Below are positions 37,161 through 49,330 of a stretch of 64,000 nt of DNA, in pieces (positions within the stretch are counted from its first letter, which is position 1; each line of letters opens with the position of its first letter). A program made the translations under genes and the position numbers. Origin of the DNA: Camelus dromedarius (Eukaryota); the NCBI RefSeq assembly GCF_036321535.1, contig NC_087436.1:100938001-101002000 (forward strand), given 5' to 3'. The notes under the pieces were generated by a model. That model worked only from the letters and a program-made list of their open reading frames with translations. It ran no database searches and had not been told where the DNA came from.

Positions 37161-38158
37161 TAAAATGCTGCTTTAAATTGCCTATTTTAACTTAAAAAAA
37201 TAAAAAAGTAAAAGTTAAAGAATTACAAAAAGCGCAAAACAAGCAAACAGATTAAAAACTCCATTAGGTCTACACAAAAGAGGATTTGCACAAATATGTT
37301 CCTAATATTTAAATCTGTGATTTCCCTTGTTTCTAACTCTTTAAAAGAGTCCCACAGTAGAAAGGTCGGTTTGAGAAGCCAGAAAAATGCTTATATGATG
37401 CTCATCCAGGCATGAATTTCAAAACGCTCTCAGCTTTATAAATGTGAATGTGGATTGCTTTTGCTCTGACTGCATTTTTCTCAATACCATAAGGAGGACA
37501 CTATTCTGAGTTTGAGGTTTATACCACAAGACATTTTTGAATTTTGCAGGCAAAAGAAACTGTTGGAGTCTTATGGTCCAGCAGGGAACACATTTTCCCC
37601 TCCTCTCCAGCATTTAATTCAAATGTGGCAAAACTAGTTTTATCTAAGCTCCCCCAAACATTCACCTTTAGCCCTATGTCAATTAAAAAAAAAAAAAGTT
37701 TGACCTCCTAAGAATTGCTTTCTGGAGTTTTACGAAAAAATTCATCTTTACCTCAGCAGTCAATGAATATCAAAGTTTTCAGTTCTGCCTTTATCATCTG
37801 CAGCAATATACTTCAGCAAAAAGCAAATATGGGGTTTGTTTCAGCATAAAGAAAATCTTTATGGCTAGTTAGTAAGAAAATTGGTCCAAAATTATTTTTT
37901 TGAAAATATCCCAATACATAATTGCTGTATAGACTGGGGATAGAGATGGTGTTGACATAGGAAAATAGTTCCTGATAACAATATAATTGAAAATTAATGA
38001 CAAATCTTTAATTCTCAAAATATATCTAATTTAGTGATTTAAATTTTGCTCTATTAGAAGTTGCCAGAACTTTTTACCACATTGTTAGTGGTTTCTGTTG
38101 TAACTTCTGGCAGGTCTTGTGCAGAAATTGTGTATTATATTAACAAAAATATACAATG

Positions 38159-38564
38159 AAGTAAGCCAGAAAGAGAAAGAAAAATACCATATGACAGCAC
38201 TTACATGTGGAATCTTAAAAAAAAAAGAAGCCAAACAAACTTACTTACAAAACAGAAAGACTCACAGACATAGAAAACAAATTTACGGTCACCAGCAGGG
38301 GAAGGGGGTGGAAGGGATAAATTGGGAGTTCGAGATTTGCAGATTCTAACTACTATATATAAAATAGATAAACAAGAAGTTTATTCTGTATAGCATAGGG
38401 AACTATATTCATTATCTTATAGTAACTTATGGTTAAAAAGAATATGAAAATGAATATATGTACGTTCCTATATGACTGAAGTATTGTGCTGTACACCAGA
38501 AATTGACACAGCATTGTAAACTGACTATACTTCAATTAAAACACGTATTAAAAAGAGAAAAATT
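38159..38564 (+). mobile_element. Young 5'-truncated L1 3' end
   Basis: Closely similar to 35036-35465. TSD atatacaatg at 38149-38158 and 38565-38574. Confidence 0.93.
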
Positions 38565-39873
38565 ATATACAATGTGTCTGTGTGTACCTTCAATTTTCAT
38601 ATTAATCAGTTTAGTTGCTTTCAACCAAAATAACAATATTTCTCTATTGACATCACAAACAGCTGCTTCGCTATTTCCACTAATTGGAGTGAGGTTTTCC
38701 TATGCCAAAACATGGAAGCAGGTGGAACAAATGGCCTAAAAAAAATGTTATCCTGCTACAGCGATACGTTTGGCAATCGACTACTTGAGTAGAGCTAATC
38801 TGCCATTTTAAAGCTACAAGATATTAGACAGACAATATTTCAGTGTTAATATTATTTTCTATTTTCATTACACAATTCAATTACATATTTAGTTATAACA
38901 CATGGTATAGAAAATTGGATTCCTTTTCAATGTCTCTCATTCATATGTCACTTATTTTCCAAACGATCTCTGTATTTTGATTATTAAAGCACCTAGATTG
39001 AACTCTGTCATAGGTGCAGAAGGATTTGGTGTATTATTTGATGGAATGTAAAGCGTGGGCACCGTAGGTAATGGGCGAGGGACTTATCTAAAATTACATA
39101 ACTCTGCAAATTTGAGAATACAGTGGAAAGAAGTTAAGAGCTGAGGTTGAAAATAGAAGAAATAAGAACTATGTTAGCTCAAGGGAAACTTTTTCCTCAA
39201 AATGACTTTTTGAAAGGATTTCCCTTAATATGAACTTTACTGAGCTGTGGAAAATGAAGAGAAGGATGGACAAAACAGAATGGCAATCTGTGGGTGTAGG
39301 AGTTACAATAATAAAACGTCCATTTGGTTTCAGGAAATAGGACAAAGAGGTTAAACAGGAATTTCAAAGGCTATTTTACAGCTGTTGTTCCTTAAAAGGA
39401 AACCCTGTAAATTAACAAGCAAAAGTCAGGAAGAGAAAGAAACACTAACATCCATTTAAAATTTTTGTAGTATTTATTTTCACCAGATTGCCCAGGAAAT
39501 CTAGTTTAGAAGTAAGAATGCACATCCTGAGTGTTAATTCATGGATTTATAAAACAAACATTTGGACATGATCTGTGAGAATGTGATTTTTAAAAGTAAA
39601 TCACTCAAGTTCACCAACTTAAACTCAGCCTGTTTTATGAAACATTTCCTAAGTTAGTCACTTGAATTCTACACTCTTTCACAAAAGCCAAAATTCAAAT
39701 ACTTTTCCCTAAGTAACATACTCACAAAAAAGGAGAGGGGCAGCTAAAGAATGTGTCTCAAAATCTGAATAAAACTAATAAAAGGAAGACACTCTTAGCA
39801 CTTCTCTGGAATTTGATTTCTTTTTTTTTTTTCTCATAATTCATTTGACTAATGTACCTTTTCTCCTCTCCAG

Positions 39874-39934
39874 CTGCTGTGCAGAGTGTCTGCCTTCTGT
39901 CTCAATATCTCTGATCATCTGCCATCTCCCACAG
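39874..39934 (+). other. Candidate 61-nt internal exon of an unidentified transcript
   Basis: Branch-point-like gactaat (39847-39853), pyrimidine tract cttttctcctctc, acceptor CAG (39871-39873) and donor CAG|gtaatt. Lies in non-repetitive sequence. Confidence 0.45.
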
Positions 39935-40714
39935 GTAATTTTCTGTTTCTGTTTATTGTCAACTTTTCATGACATTCACCCCCACCCCTTGCAACTCTCA
40001 CCCCATGTCCTACTGCAGTGATTAAGTTGTGCGTAAGAGTTGTGAGTAACAGGAAAGTTACTTTTATAATGGGGTTTCCAGGTACAGCGTGTTCAGGCAG
40101 TAAAAGAAAAGAAAGCCGATTCTGTAATTCACTTTTCAGTGAAGCTTCAAGGGTAATCACTATGTGGTTGCCTTTGAGACCTGAGGTCACATACAAAAGC
40201 TATTACAAATGATTTAATAAATACGTATTTAATTATTGAATCACATTAAGTGCACTATTTAATTTCCTTACCACAGATGGCATGCAATTACTAGATTTAC
40301 TCAGGTTTCTCTAAGTAATTTCTACTAGCGTATATTGCTCTTTTTTCCCTCTAAAGTTGAAGAACTCTTTAGACAATTATTCCCAGAGTGTCCAAATATT
40401 TTTTTAAAAAGGAAAACAATAACAAGAGCAAAAAGCACATAAAACTACACCCTTTAGCAACTGCATCAAAACACACATAAATACTGAACAGCACTTTTAG
40501 GAAAAGTAGAAAATTAAAACTAAATTTCTAAAGTTCTTATTTTTATACTAAGATTTTTAAATTATTATTTTCTACTATGATAATCTCTGCAATACAGACA
40601 ATGGACAAAAGCCTTCTTCTACACCAGATTTTCAGGAGGAAAATGAAGAATGAGAAGAGTTAGGAGAATTCTCCAAAATCACAGGCAGCCATTCGCTGCT
40701 ACTGACGAACACTA

Positions 40715-40930
40715 AATACTGCTTGTATTGTCTATGCACTAAGCGTCAGGCAGTCTGCTGTTTCATCCTCCACAAAAGCCTGTGAGAGTGTTCCAATTGT
40801 TATCTCCATCTTACAGATGGGAAATTGAGACACAGAGTGATTAGGGAGTTTTCCAAATCATTCAGCTCATAATGTAGGAGAGAGATTCAGTCCACACAGT
40901 CACACTCTACCTTCAGTGCTAAACCGCTGT
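40715..40930 (-). mobile_element. MIR SINE
   Basis: tatctccatcttacagatgggaaattgagacacagagtgattagggagttttccaaatcattcagct is the reverse MIR core. Confidence 0.75.
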
Positions 40931-41597
40931 TACATCAGTACCCCACCTCTAAGCTGGTGTTTCACATATTCTTAGCTTTCCCCTAGGTGATTAGTAGGGC
41001 CTATTGATTATATCTGCTTTTTTTTAATCTACAAACAATAGTAGGCTATTAAAATAGCTATGTGTAATAGGACATTTCCCACCAGTTCTATAAGGTTCTG
41101 TTACTTCAGAAAAGTGAGTTAAGGTTCACGTTGTACATGGGTGCAACTCTGAAACTTTTCTGACATCTATTTGGATGCAATCTGAATTTTTAAAAAATTT
41201 AAACTAAGATTGTGCCTAAATTACATGTCTCCCTTTGGCTATAGCTACAAGGAGCCTCAGCTAATGTCTGCTGTTCAATTGCAATAGCTTCCGTTAACCA
41301 CGGTCTTCTATAAATCCCCATCCTCCTCATTGGTTTTTGTTTTTGTTTTTGTTTTTTTAAAATTAGGTTAATCATTTTTAGTTCTGTTGTGTCTGTCCTT
41401 TAAAAATTTTTGTTAATAGCCTCAAATCCTTTTTGAAAGTGAGCTGATATATGAATAAATGTAAGTGAAATGTGTTACTTTTAAACTTCACAGGTGTCTA
41501 TTAGCATAATGATTTTAATCTTGGGATGTGTAATGGATCCTTTTCTAAACAATTAATTACATTTAATTTAATGACTTGGAAAAATATGGCTAGTCCC

Positions 41598-41830
41598 TAA
41601 TAATAATAGCCAGCACTTATAAAGCTCTTTGCGCCGGATACCAAGTATTTTTCATATATTACCTCATGTAGTTCTCATAACAACTAAATGAGATAGGTAT
41701 TATTAACATCCCCACTTTGCATGTGAAGAATGATACTCAAGATTAACTTGACCAAGGTCACACTGCTAGAAAACGAAGCTGGACTGAAACGCAGGAAGTT
41801 AGAGTCCAGCTTGACCTGTTAACCACAACT
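41598..41830 (-). mobile_element. MIR SINE, near full length
   Basis: aataatagccagcacttat...ctcataacaac...gagataggtattattaacatccccacttt...taacttgaccaaggtcacactgctag. Confidence 0.8.
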
Positions 41831-41836
41831 CTGTAT

Positions 41837-41980
41837 CAGCACCATCGACAGAACTTTCTGCAGTAGTAAAGCATGCTGGAAAATCATGGCTATTGTGACG
41901 AGGATCTAAATTTTTATTTTAATTAATTTAAAAATAGTAGCTGTACAGGTGTAATGGTTACCATGCTGGGCGGGGCAGCT
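41837..41980. mobile_element. MER3-like hAT DNA transposon remnant
   Basis: agaactttctgcagtagt...ggctattgtgacgaggatctaaatttttattttaattaattt...ggttaccatgctggg. Confidence 0.6.
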
Positions 41981-42266
41981 AAACTGCTATATACAGCTAT
42001 ATATTCACCACGTTTTATTTTATAAAAACATATACATTGGGCCTGTTTCTGCTTCTACTGTAAAATGGTTAGAGTCCTTCATTTGATTTTTCAATGAAAT
42101 AATGTTAACCAAACACAGTGACAAAAATCTTAAATCTTTGAAACTATGCTATGCTGATAACCTAAGAGTATGTTACTAGGGAGAAAGTCTTGTAAATCAC
42201 TGCTTGCCTAGTTTAACTTTTTCCACATATGAAACCTGTTGTGAACTTGGTTTTTCCCTTTCAAAG

Positions 42267-42382
42267 CTGATCCTGTTGTGAAGAAAGGCCGGTTGTAACA
42301 ACAGAGATGGACGCTTCCTCACGGGGGCAGACAGCTATCTCTCCCCGGCAAAGGTGGCTTTGCCTGGGGCACCTGCACTCAG
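42267..42382 (+). other. Candidate exon (116 nt if internal, or terminal exon using AATAAA at 42449-42454)
   Basis: Acceptor tttttccctttcaaag, donor CAG|gtgcgt, and a locally GC/CpG-richer body. Confidence 0.3.
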
Positions 42383-42854
42383 GTGCGTTTCCTTCTCTCC
42401 ACATCACTTTCAGTGTTAAGCCCTGTGACTAGGGTGAGACTCAGAGCCAATAAATGCTCCTAGCTTCCTGCAAACTTCCCATTAGAAGCAGTTCAAGCAG
42501 CACTTAGTTCCTCTTGGAAAAAGAAAAAAAGGAAAAGGAAACTTCAATAACAGATAAAAAAACTGACATCTGCGGAGCAATTTTACCAAGTTCTTTTACA
42601 AGATAAACCATCTGAAATTCAAGAAACCCTGCAAGCTGTAGGCCAAATAATTCTTCACATTCAAAAGGAGAAATAAAACTCAGAAATTTGACTTGCTGCA
42701 TTGTCACAGAAATACGATTTCACACGGTGAAGTCGTCAGTGAAGATTTGGGGGATTTTCGTTCTGTTTTGCTTTTTTATGTTTCACTTTGACCCCTCCTT
42801 AGGACCTCAGGCCATCCCATGTGCCCTCAAGCTAGACTAACTGGTTTTCAGTGT

Positions 42855-43040
42855 TGTTTCAGCCACTAAACTGCAAAATCTTAGCATATTAATCACTCTA
42901 AACTGATTTCTCATCTTTAAAATGGGAATAAAATAGTTCTGATTTAAGACTGCTGAAAATACTGAGTTAATAGAAAGTACACCAAACAGTGCTTAGTATA
43001 TAGTCAATGTTCAATATGTGTTAGACATTGTTATTGCTTT
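42855..43040 (+). mobile_element. MIR SINE
   Basis: tttctcatctttaaaatgggaataaaatagt...aacagtgcttagtatatagtcaatgttcaatatgtgttag. Confidence 0.7.
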
Positions 43041-43812
43041 TATTATTCTTACTAATCTGTCCCACTCCTTGTTTTAGTATTGCCTCTACTTCAAAGTCTA
43101 GTGATAAAGGATACTCTGTCCTGCACTGGGAATTAGTTATCATCTGCATGCATGGCTTCTTCCCGTAATTTTTTTAAGGCCAAGTCTCTGTCCCATATTT
43201 ATTTCTCTTTCTCTCCCTTTCCCCGCCCTCTCCTACAAACTTAGTATAATGCAGCACATAGACTATACTTACCAATTACGTATGAAATGAAATTAAATGT
43301 GTCTCCCCAATTTTTAATAGATGCCAGTTTCTTATAAATGGGAAAGATTTTCCCTAGCCACTAGAGGACCATGGGAAATGTGGTCCCAATAGCTATGAAG
43401 TAAATCTCTAAGGCCAAAAAAGAAGCTTTTCTCATTCAGAACCTTAGCAGGATTTGTATTCACCCTTCTGGGATCCAAATGAGTTTGAGGAAAATGGCTT
43501 TGTCTTGCTTACATAACCCAATAGGCTAGTGCTGGATCTGTACAAAAGGAAAGAAAATCTATTTCATTTAATGTCACTTAAGGTGAAGAAACTGGTTTAA
43601 TATATTTTGTGAGCAATGAAAAATAATGAAGCTTAGAGCCAAGAGAGGAGTGTTGCAATTTCTAAAGAAAAAAAAAAATTTTAGCACTTTTTTTGGTGGT
43701 GAAATGTTTACTGTGTGGAAACTTCTGACAGAAAAACTTCTTGGTGAGTAAGCTAAAACTACTACTACTACGGCTCGAGATTTGCTTTGGACCTGTTCAT
43801 TGTCCTTTACAG

Positions 43813-43936
43813 TAAATCTTTCAGTTGGAAAGTCTGCAAAGAAGAAAGAATCTAAAATAAACACATTTAAATGAAAGTATGCTTCTGGCTGGGACGCTGG
43901 GGGGTGATCAAGAAGCTTAAAACACACAAACACTTG
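43813..43936 (+). other. Candidate 124-nt exon, probably non-coding
   Basis: Acceptor gttcattgtcctttacag and donor TTG|gtgagt. Confidence 0.3.
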
Positions 43937-46900
43937 GTGAGTATTTTAAAAGAAATTTTCAACAAGCATGATTTATTTTATTTTTCCAAACCAACTGTGC
44001 CTTTTCAAAGAGCGGCACGTGAATGAATAATGTGAAAACAGCTATTACTCTTAAAGGGATGCATTTAACTATGGAAGTGTTATGATTTAAGAGAAAGCCA
44101 TCCACTCAGAGCAAAAGTTGAGACTAATTAAAATATATAAATTACTCTTCTGCTGACCTCAGGGAGAGAGGCGCAGGCTGGCGTCAGCACAAGCCGTGCT
44201 CTCAGCAGGAGAATTATGATTATAAATGGAACGGAGCTTCAGATATTACAGGAATGCACATGTCAAAATATTTGGGGCTATAACTATAGACAGAATCAAT
44301 ATAACAGACACAAGTGTCATTCTCCCCCTTGATTTTTCTATTAAGTTGAGCTGAGAATATCTCGAAGAATAATTATTTCATGCCACAGTTGCAGTAAAAT
44401 TTGCATTAATCAGTAAAGCATAGGTTTATTTAAAGAAACCTGCTACTTTGGTGAAGTTTTGTTACTGGTTTTTAGTGTATTCTTCCAGTTTTCTTGGGTT
44501 ATATCTCTATGCCTATTCAAATCATGGACCAGAAGCTAGTTTTGTTAGCATCCTTGCACAAATCCTGGCCTCTGTTCCTATGACCTAAGTAGAGCCTATA
44601 ACTCTAGCAAACTTACTTAGGTCAATTTACTTTAAAAAAACAAAAAACAGTCTACATGAAATATAGGAATATTTTCAGTGGTTTTCAGCAGTGAAACCGT
44701 GCACATTGCTTCAAAGAGGAATCATCTGATTTGGAACTGTGTGAACCGGGGTAAAAGGCACATGGCACCTGAAGGCTTATCATTCTATCCCCTTGAGAGG
44801 CTACTATACCCCTAGATTTAAATTTTGACTGGAATCATGCCCGTTTTCCTTGTCTCTAGAGGTCAAATAAAGATTCTCTATTTTTGAGTTAATATATTTC
44901 AAGTATGTGCATTTATAATTATGTTGGTGATTCTCAGTTAGGGGAAAACAGCTAGATGTACAGCATTTGTGGGGTGGAGGAAGGGCTGTTTGCTATGGTT
45001 GTTTATAAAAGCAAAGCAGCGTGCTCTACATAGTGGAAGAAGCTATGTTCTATCATATTGGCTTAGCACACTTTTTCTTTTCCCCAGGAATTTATAATTA
45101 GTTTAAGAAGTACAGTCCAAGTGATGCTTTTGTTGTTACATTGTTGTGTACAATTGGTTAATTGGACTTCAATATTATACTTAAGAAAATAATGTTTACA
45201 TTAATCATAGAAGTAGGGGTAAATATTTCTGTTCCCAACTTCAAATATAAACACGCTATTGGATTTTTCCCTTCATTTAGGCAACTATTCTCAACCATAA
45301 AAGTAGCAACAAAAGGTACTGTTCCAAATAGCTTCTCTATAATCAGACTTTGGCTCACTTATTCCTCACCTCATGATTTAATGGCTGTGTTAGTAGGCGT
45401 GCTTTTTAACTTCCTTTTAAAATGTAAATCCATGCTGGTAAATGTGTGTGTGAACTGGAATAGACTAGGAGTTTGTGGGTCCCTACAGATTTGAGAAAAA
45501 AAATATATGATGATCATCAAATGCATCAGGCAGGTAACTATACACATAAAAACCATCACATGATTAACAAGATTTGAGGTCTGATTCAGTAAAAGCGCTA
45601 CTCATATATGTGAGTGTATTTGTACATTGATTATAAATAATATATATATATATACACATATATAAAACATGCTCTGTTACACTTATTCATTATGCATGGA
45701 TAAGCATATGTTTAATGTTTTATGATACAAACTAAAATTTAAACTAATTTTAAAATATATTCTAAAGAAAATTTCAAAATCATATGTACAAATACACAAT
45801 ATTTGTCTTATTATTTTGTTTTTTGAATCAAAATATATTACCTGGTTTTGCTTAATTTAATATTTTTTAATGAGAACATAGGAGTCAGGCTGTGGAACAT
45901 TTCATGGAATTTTTGTTTTAACCCACAGGCTTTTGTTACAAGTGGTTTAATATCTAGCCAACTTGCCCTTACTATAATCTTTGAAAATAGCTTCTATTCG
46001 TTTTAAGTAATTATTCAAGACACATTTTTACCATCAACTTACTTTTGTCCACACTACTACTGCTCACAACCCTAGTTTCACCATGTAATTAATGTATTTC
46101 CTGAAGTTTCCCCATCTTTATAAAAGTGTATATATAGTACATACGTAGACCTCAAAATACATAAAATACACCATCACAGTATAAAGATTAGTCAACACTG
46201 AAGGCAATGATAATGGTCGTTACCGCTGTACTAGACATAAGAACTACCTTCTAGGAATACACTATTTTCTCGTTCTAAACTCAGTTTCACTGGATTTTAA
46301 ATAGATGGACCTTGTGCTGTTTCTTTTTCTTTTCTTTCTTTCTTTTTTCCTTGTGTCATATTTTGTTTGGGAGAAAGGAAGGGAGGGAGGGAGGCAAGGA
46401 GAATGAGAAGGAAAGAAAGATGGAAGATACTCGTAAGAGCAATGAATGCTGTGTCCTGCCATTTACTCTACCTCATCCTTTAACCTTTTCCTCATAAAAA
46501 ACAGATAGCATCACTAAATCTTTTATCACATTAGCCAAATTTAAGCCCTCAGAAAATAATTTTTCAGGATCATAGCTATTTTAACTGCCTATCTTGGTGA
46601 AATAAGAATCAACTGGTTTGTTGTGTGTAAGATATAAGATTTTAGGAATATTATAAATGAAGTCTAATACATTCAGATATGAACCAGATGTCTATCTATA
46701 TTTAGGGGCTTTCATATAGTGAGAGTGCCTTTGTTCCAAATTGAAAACCCCTTTTGTGTCTGAAAAGACACCCTACTAGTTGGAACACCTACTGGCATTA
46801 TTTTCTAAATGTTAAAATTGACAGCAGACAGCTACTGCTGTTTTCTGTAATTCTGTAAAAATCTTTGCCCACTTCAGCCTTCTCAATTGCAAAGCTAGTC

Positions 46901-48107
46901 CAGATGGGACCATGAAATTTTTGCAGCAAGTTCTACAGCACATAATTTTGTTCAATAAAGTTATTATGCCACACACAGCTGTATACTGCCATATAAATGA
47001 GCACATGTGCAATAGAGTGCTTGTATTATAAGTTTTATAAGACTAAAATTGAGATTATGCAGCCATACACAATAATTTATTTGAAACATCAACATGTGCC
47101 TTGCTCTAGGGTTACACAAATGGTGCCATTTCTTTTCCAAGAGAAAACGTTTGTCATTTAATACTCAGTATTAACACAAATGTTTTCCTCAGAATTATAA
47201 TCTAAATTAGGTGCTTTAAAATAAATCAATATATCATTAACTTCTTACTTGAACATATTAGATCTATAGAGGAATCAATTCTCCCTAACAATGGTGAAAG
47301 AACCTAATCACTCTCTAAATTTGGTTTTAATTAGCATCATCTGCATTAATTGGTGTAGCTGATAGCAAAACATTACAGTGCATTGCCATTTTATATTTGA
47401 AATGTAATATATCTTTTGGTCCCAAGTCTCTCCAAAGGAAACTTAGCCACTTTTTCTGCCATGCCTTGGTAAATATTTTCAGTTATATTGCTCAAGCATT
47501 TTCTCTCGGAAACTGACTCTGTGAGGCTATATTAGGAATGTACTATTCAAATAAATTTCCAAGTAACTATTTGGTCTTGATTTCTTCTGCAAGGCTGAGA
47601 ATATCCTGAGAAATATTTTTCTCTCTCCTCCATCTTCATTCCCCCTAATTCACTAATGCTCAGTCAGATTTTTGGGTTTTGCCAAGGAAATGCTGTGTAA
47701 TTAGCAAACAGCTGAGAAGGGAGAAAGGAATTTACCATTTATACTGTGTTATGTTTTGCACACATTATTTTTTCACAATAATTATGAAATATAGGCAATA
47801 TTTCCTAGTGGGGAAAAATAAAAAAAAAAGAAACACAAATAAAAACCTAGAACTCTGAGAAGTGACTTTCCATAGGTAACAGAACTAGTGTTTAATAGCT
47901 GGGCAGTGTTACAGATGTTCTAGGCTGTAGCCATAGTTCAGGTCCTCTGACCCTCAGTCCAAGGCTCTTTCCTCAAAACCACACGTTCTAATGGTGTTCC
48001 ATTATCTATCCAGGCTCCTTCTCTGTAGAGGAAAACTACTAATTAATAAGTCTCTGGTTCAATGAAATTGGTCTAACCAAGACCAATGCCTAACATTTGA
48101 CCAGAGA

Positions 48108-48110
<3 letters not shown>

Positions 48111-48171
<61 letters not shown>
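48111..48171. repeat. (TA)n microsatellite followed by a T run
   Basis: Seen directly. Confidence 0.97.
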
Positions 48172-48386
48172 GTAATGACCGCTTCTTTGACAATTAAATA
48201 TTTTCAAAAGTATCCTTTTTGGACTAACCTAATTCTCATCTCATATATCCTATCTCATATAATGATACCACTTTCCCCACTGAGTTGCCTATAATATAAA
48301 TTTAACAGCTCCTGATTCCTCCATCCTCTCTACCCCAAGTCTAATTAATTGTTTAATTCTATTTTAACTCTGAAAATACATCTTTA

Positions 48387-48708
48387 AGGCTTTGTCTTCA
48401 AATATTAATGTGCCTCAGATTCCCTGGAAGACTTGTTAAAACATGAGTAGCTGGAGGTCATAAACATGTTTACCGCCTTGGTTGTGGTGATGGTGTATGT
48501 CCAAACTTAACAACATGTTGAACATGTGCAATTTTTTGTACGTCAGTAACACCCAAATTAAGCTAAAATAAAAACAGGTTGCTGGATCCCGCATCAGAGT
48601 TTTTGATTCAATAAGTCTGCGATGGAGCCCCGGACAATCAGCATTTTCAGTAAGTTGCCCAGTGATGACAATGCATCTGATCTGAGGACCACATTTTGAG
48701 AAGCACTA
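48387..48708. mobile_element. MER5A hAT DNA transposon, interrupted by an L1 fragment
   Basis: tcagattccctggaagacttgttaaaaca...gctgga[insert]tcccgcatcagagtttttgattcaataagtctg...gaggaccacattttgagaagcact. Confidence 0.8.
48456..48570 (+). mobile_element. Short old L1 3' end nested in MER5A
   Basis: ccttggttgtggtgatgg...tatgtccaaactta...atgtgcaattttttgtacgtca...aagct plus an A-rich tail. Flanked by degenerate TSD aaaacatgagtagctgga / aaaacaggttgctgga. Confidence 0.75.
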
Positions 48709-48749
48709 GTCTAGTGCATCCTTTCACTCCTGGTCCATAACTATTGCAT

Positions 48750-49330
48750 CATGCTCGCCTCCTGCCTTGGACAGACAACCACAGAAAACATCAGTCATCA
48801 CCTTTCCCATCCCCATCCACTCTCCTGTACAATTTTAATAAGTAAAAAACACAAGTCCGATAAAATTATCCAACTAACTAACATCTCTTGAATCTCTCCA
48901 ATAGTATGCCACTAGCCAGAGAGCAAGAAAATCACCTTCGCCATATAGTGTTCATCTACCACACTCTTCTGTTTGCTCAGGCTGTTTCCCTTGCATAAAA
49001 CGCTTGCCTTAATCTCAATCTGTCCAACTCCTACTTAACTTCCAAAGTCTATTTCAAAGGTCATGTATTTTGTGTGAAATATGTCTAAGATATCCCTGGC
49101 AAAGTTCAAAATGCCCTGCTGTGATTTCCTATTGTGCTTGGTGCTAGTGCAATCAAATCTTTCATTATATTGTATTTAATTATCACTTTTGGTCCCTTTG
49201 GGGGTTTATTTTTGTGTGCCTAATTCTCCACTAAAAGAGACATTTTAAGTAACTTCAGGTACTTTATGATTATTTCTGCTCACACCCAGCAAAAAAAATT
49301 AGAAGAAGAAACAGAAAATGTGTTTGGTTT
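48750..49330 (+). mobile_element. Degraded L2 fragment
   Basis: tttgctcaggctgtttcccttgcataaaacgc...ccaactcctacttaacttccaaagtc, colinear with the L2 3' region. Confidence 0.5.

Noticed and set aside
38119..38739. ORFs of 76, 60 and 78 aa
   Set aside because: They overlap an L1 3' end.
39874..39885. LLCR match to the ESRRG N-terminal region
   Set aside because: The sequence diverges immediately after four residues, so it is not ESRRG.
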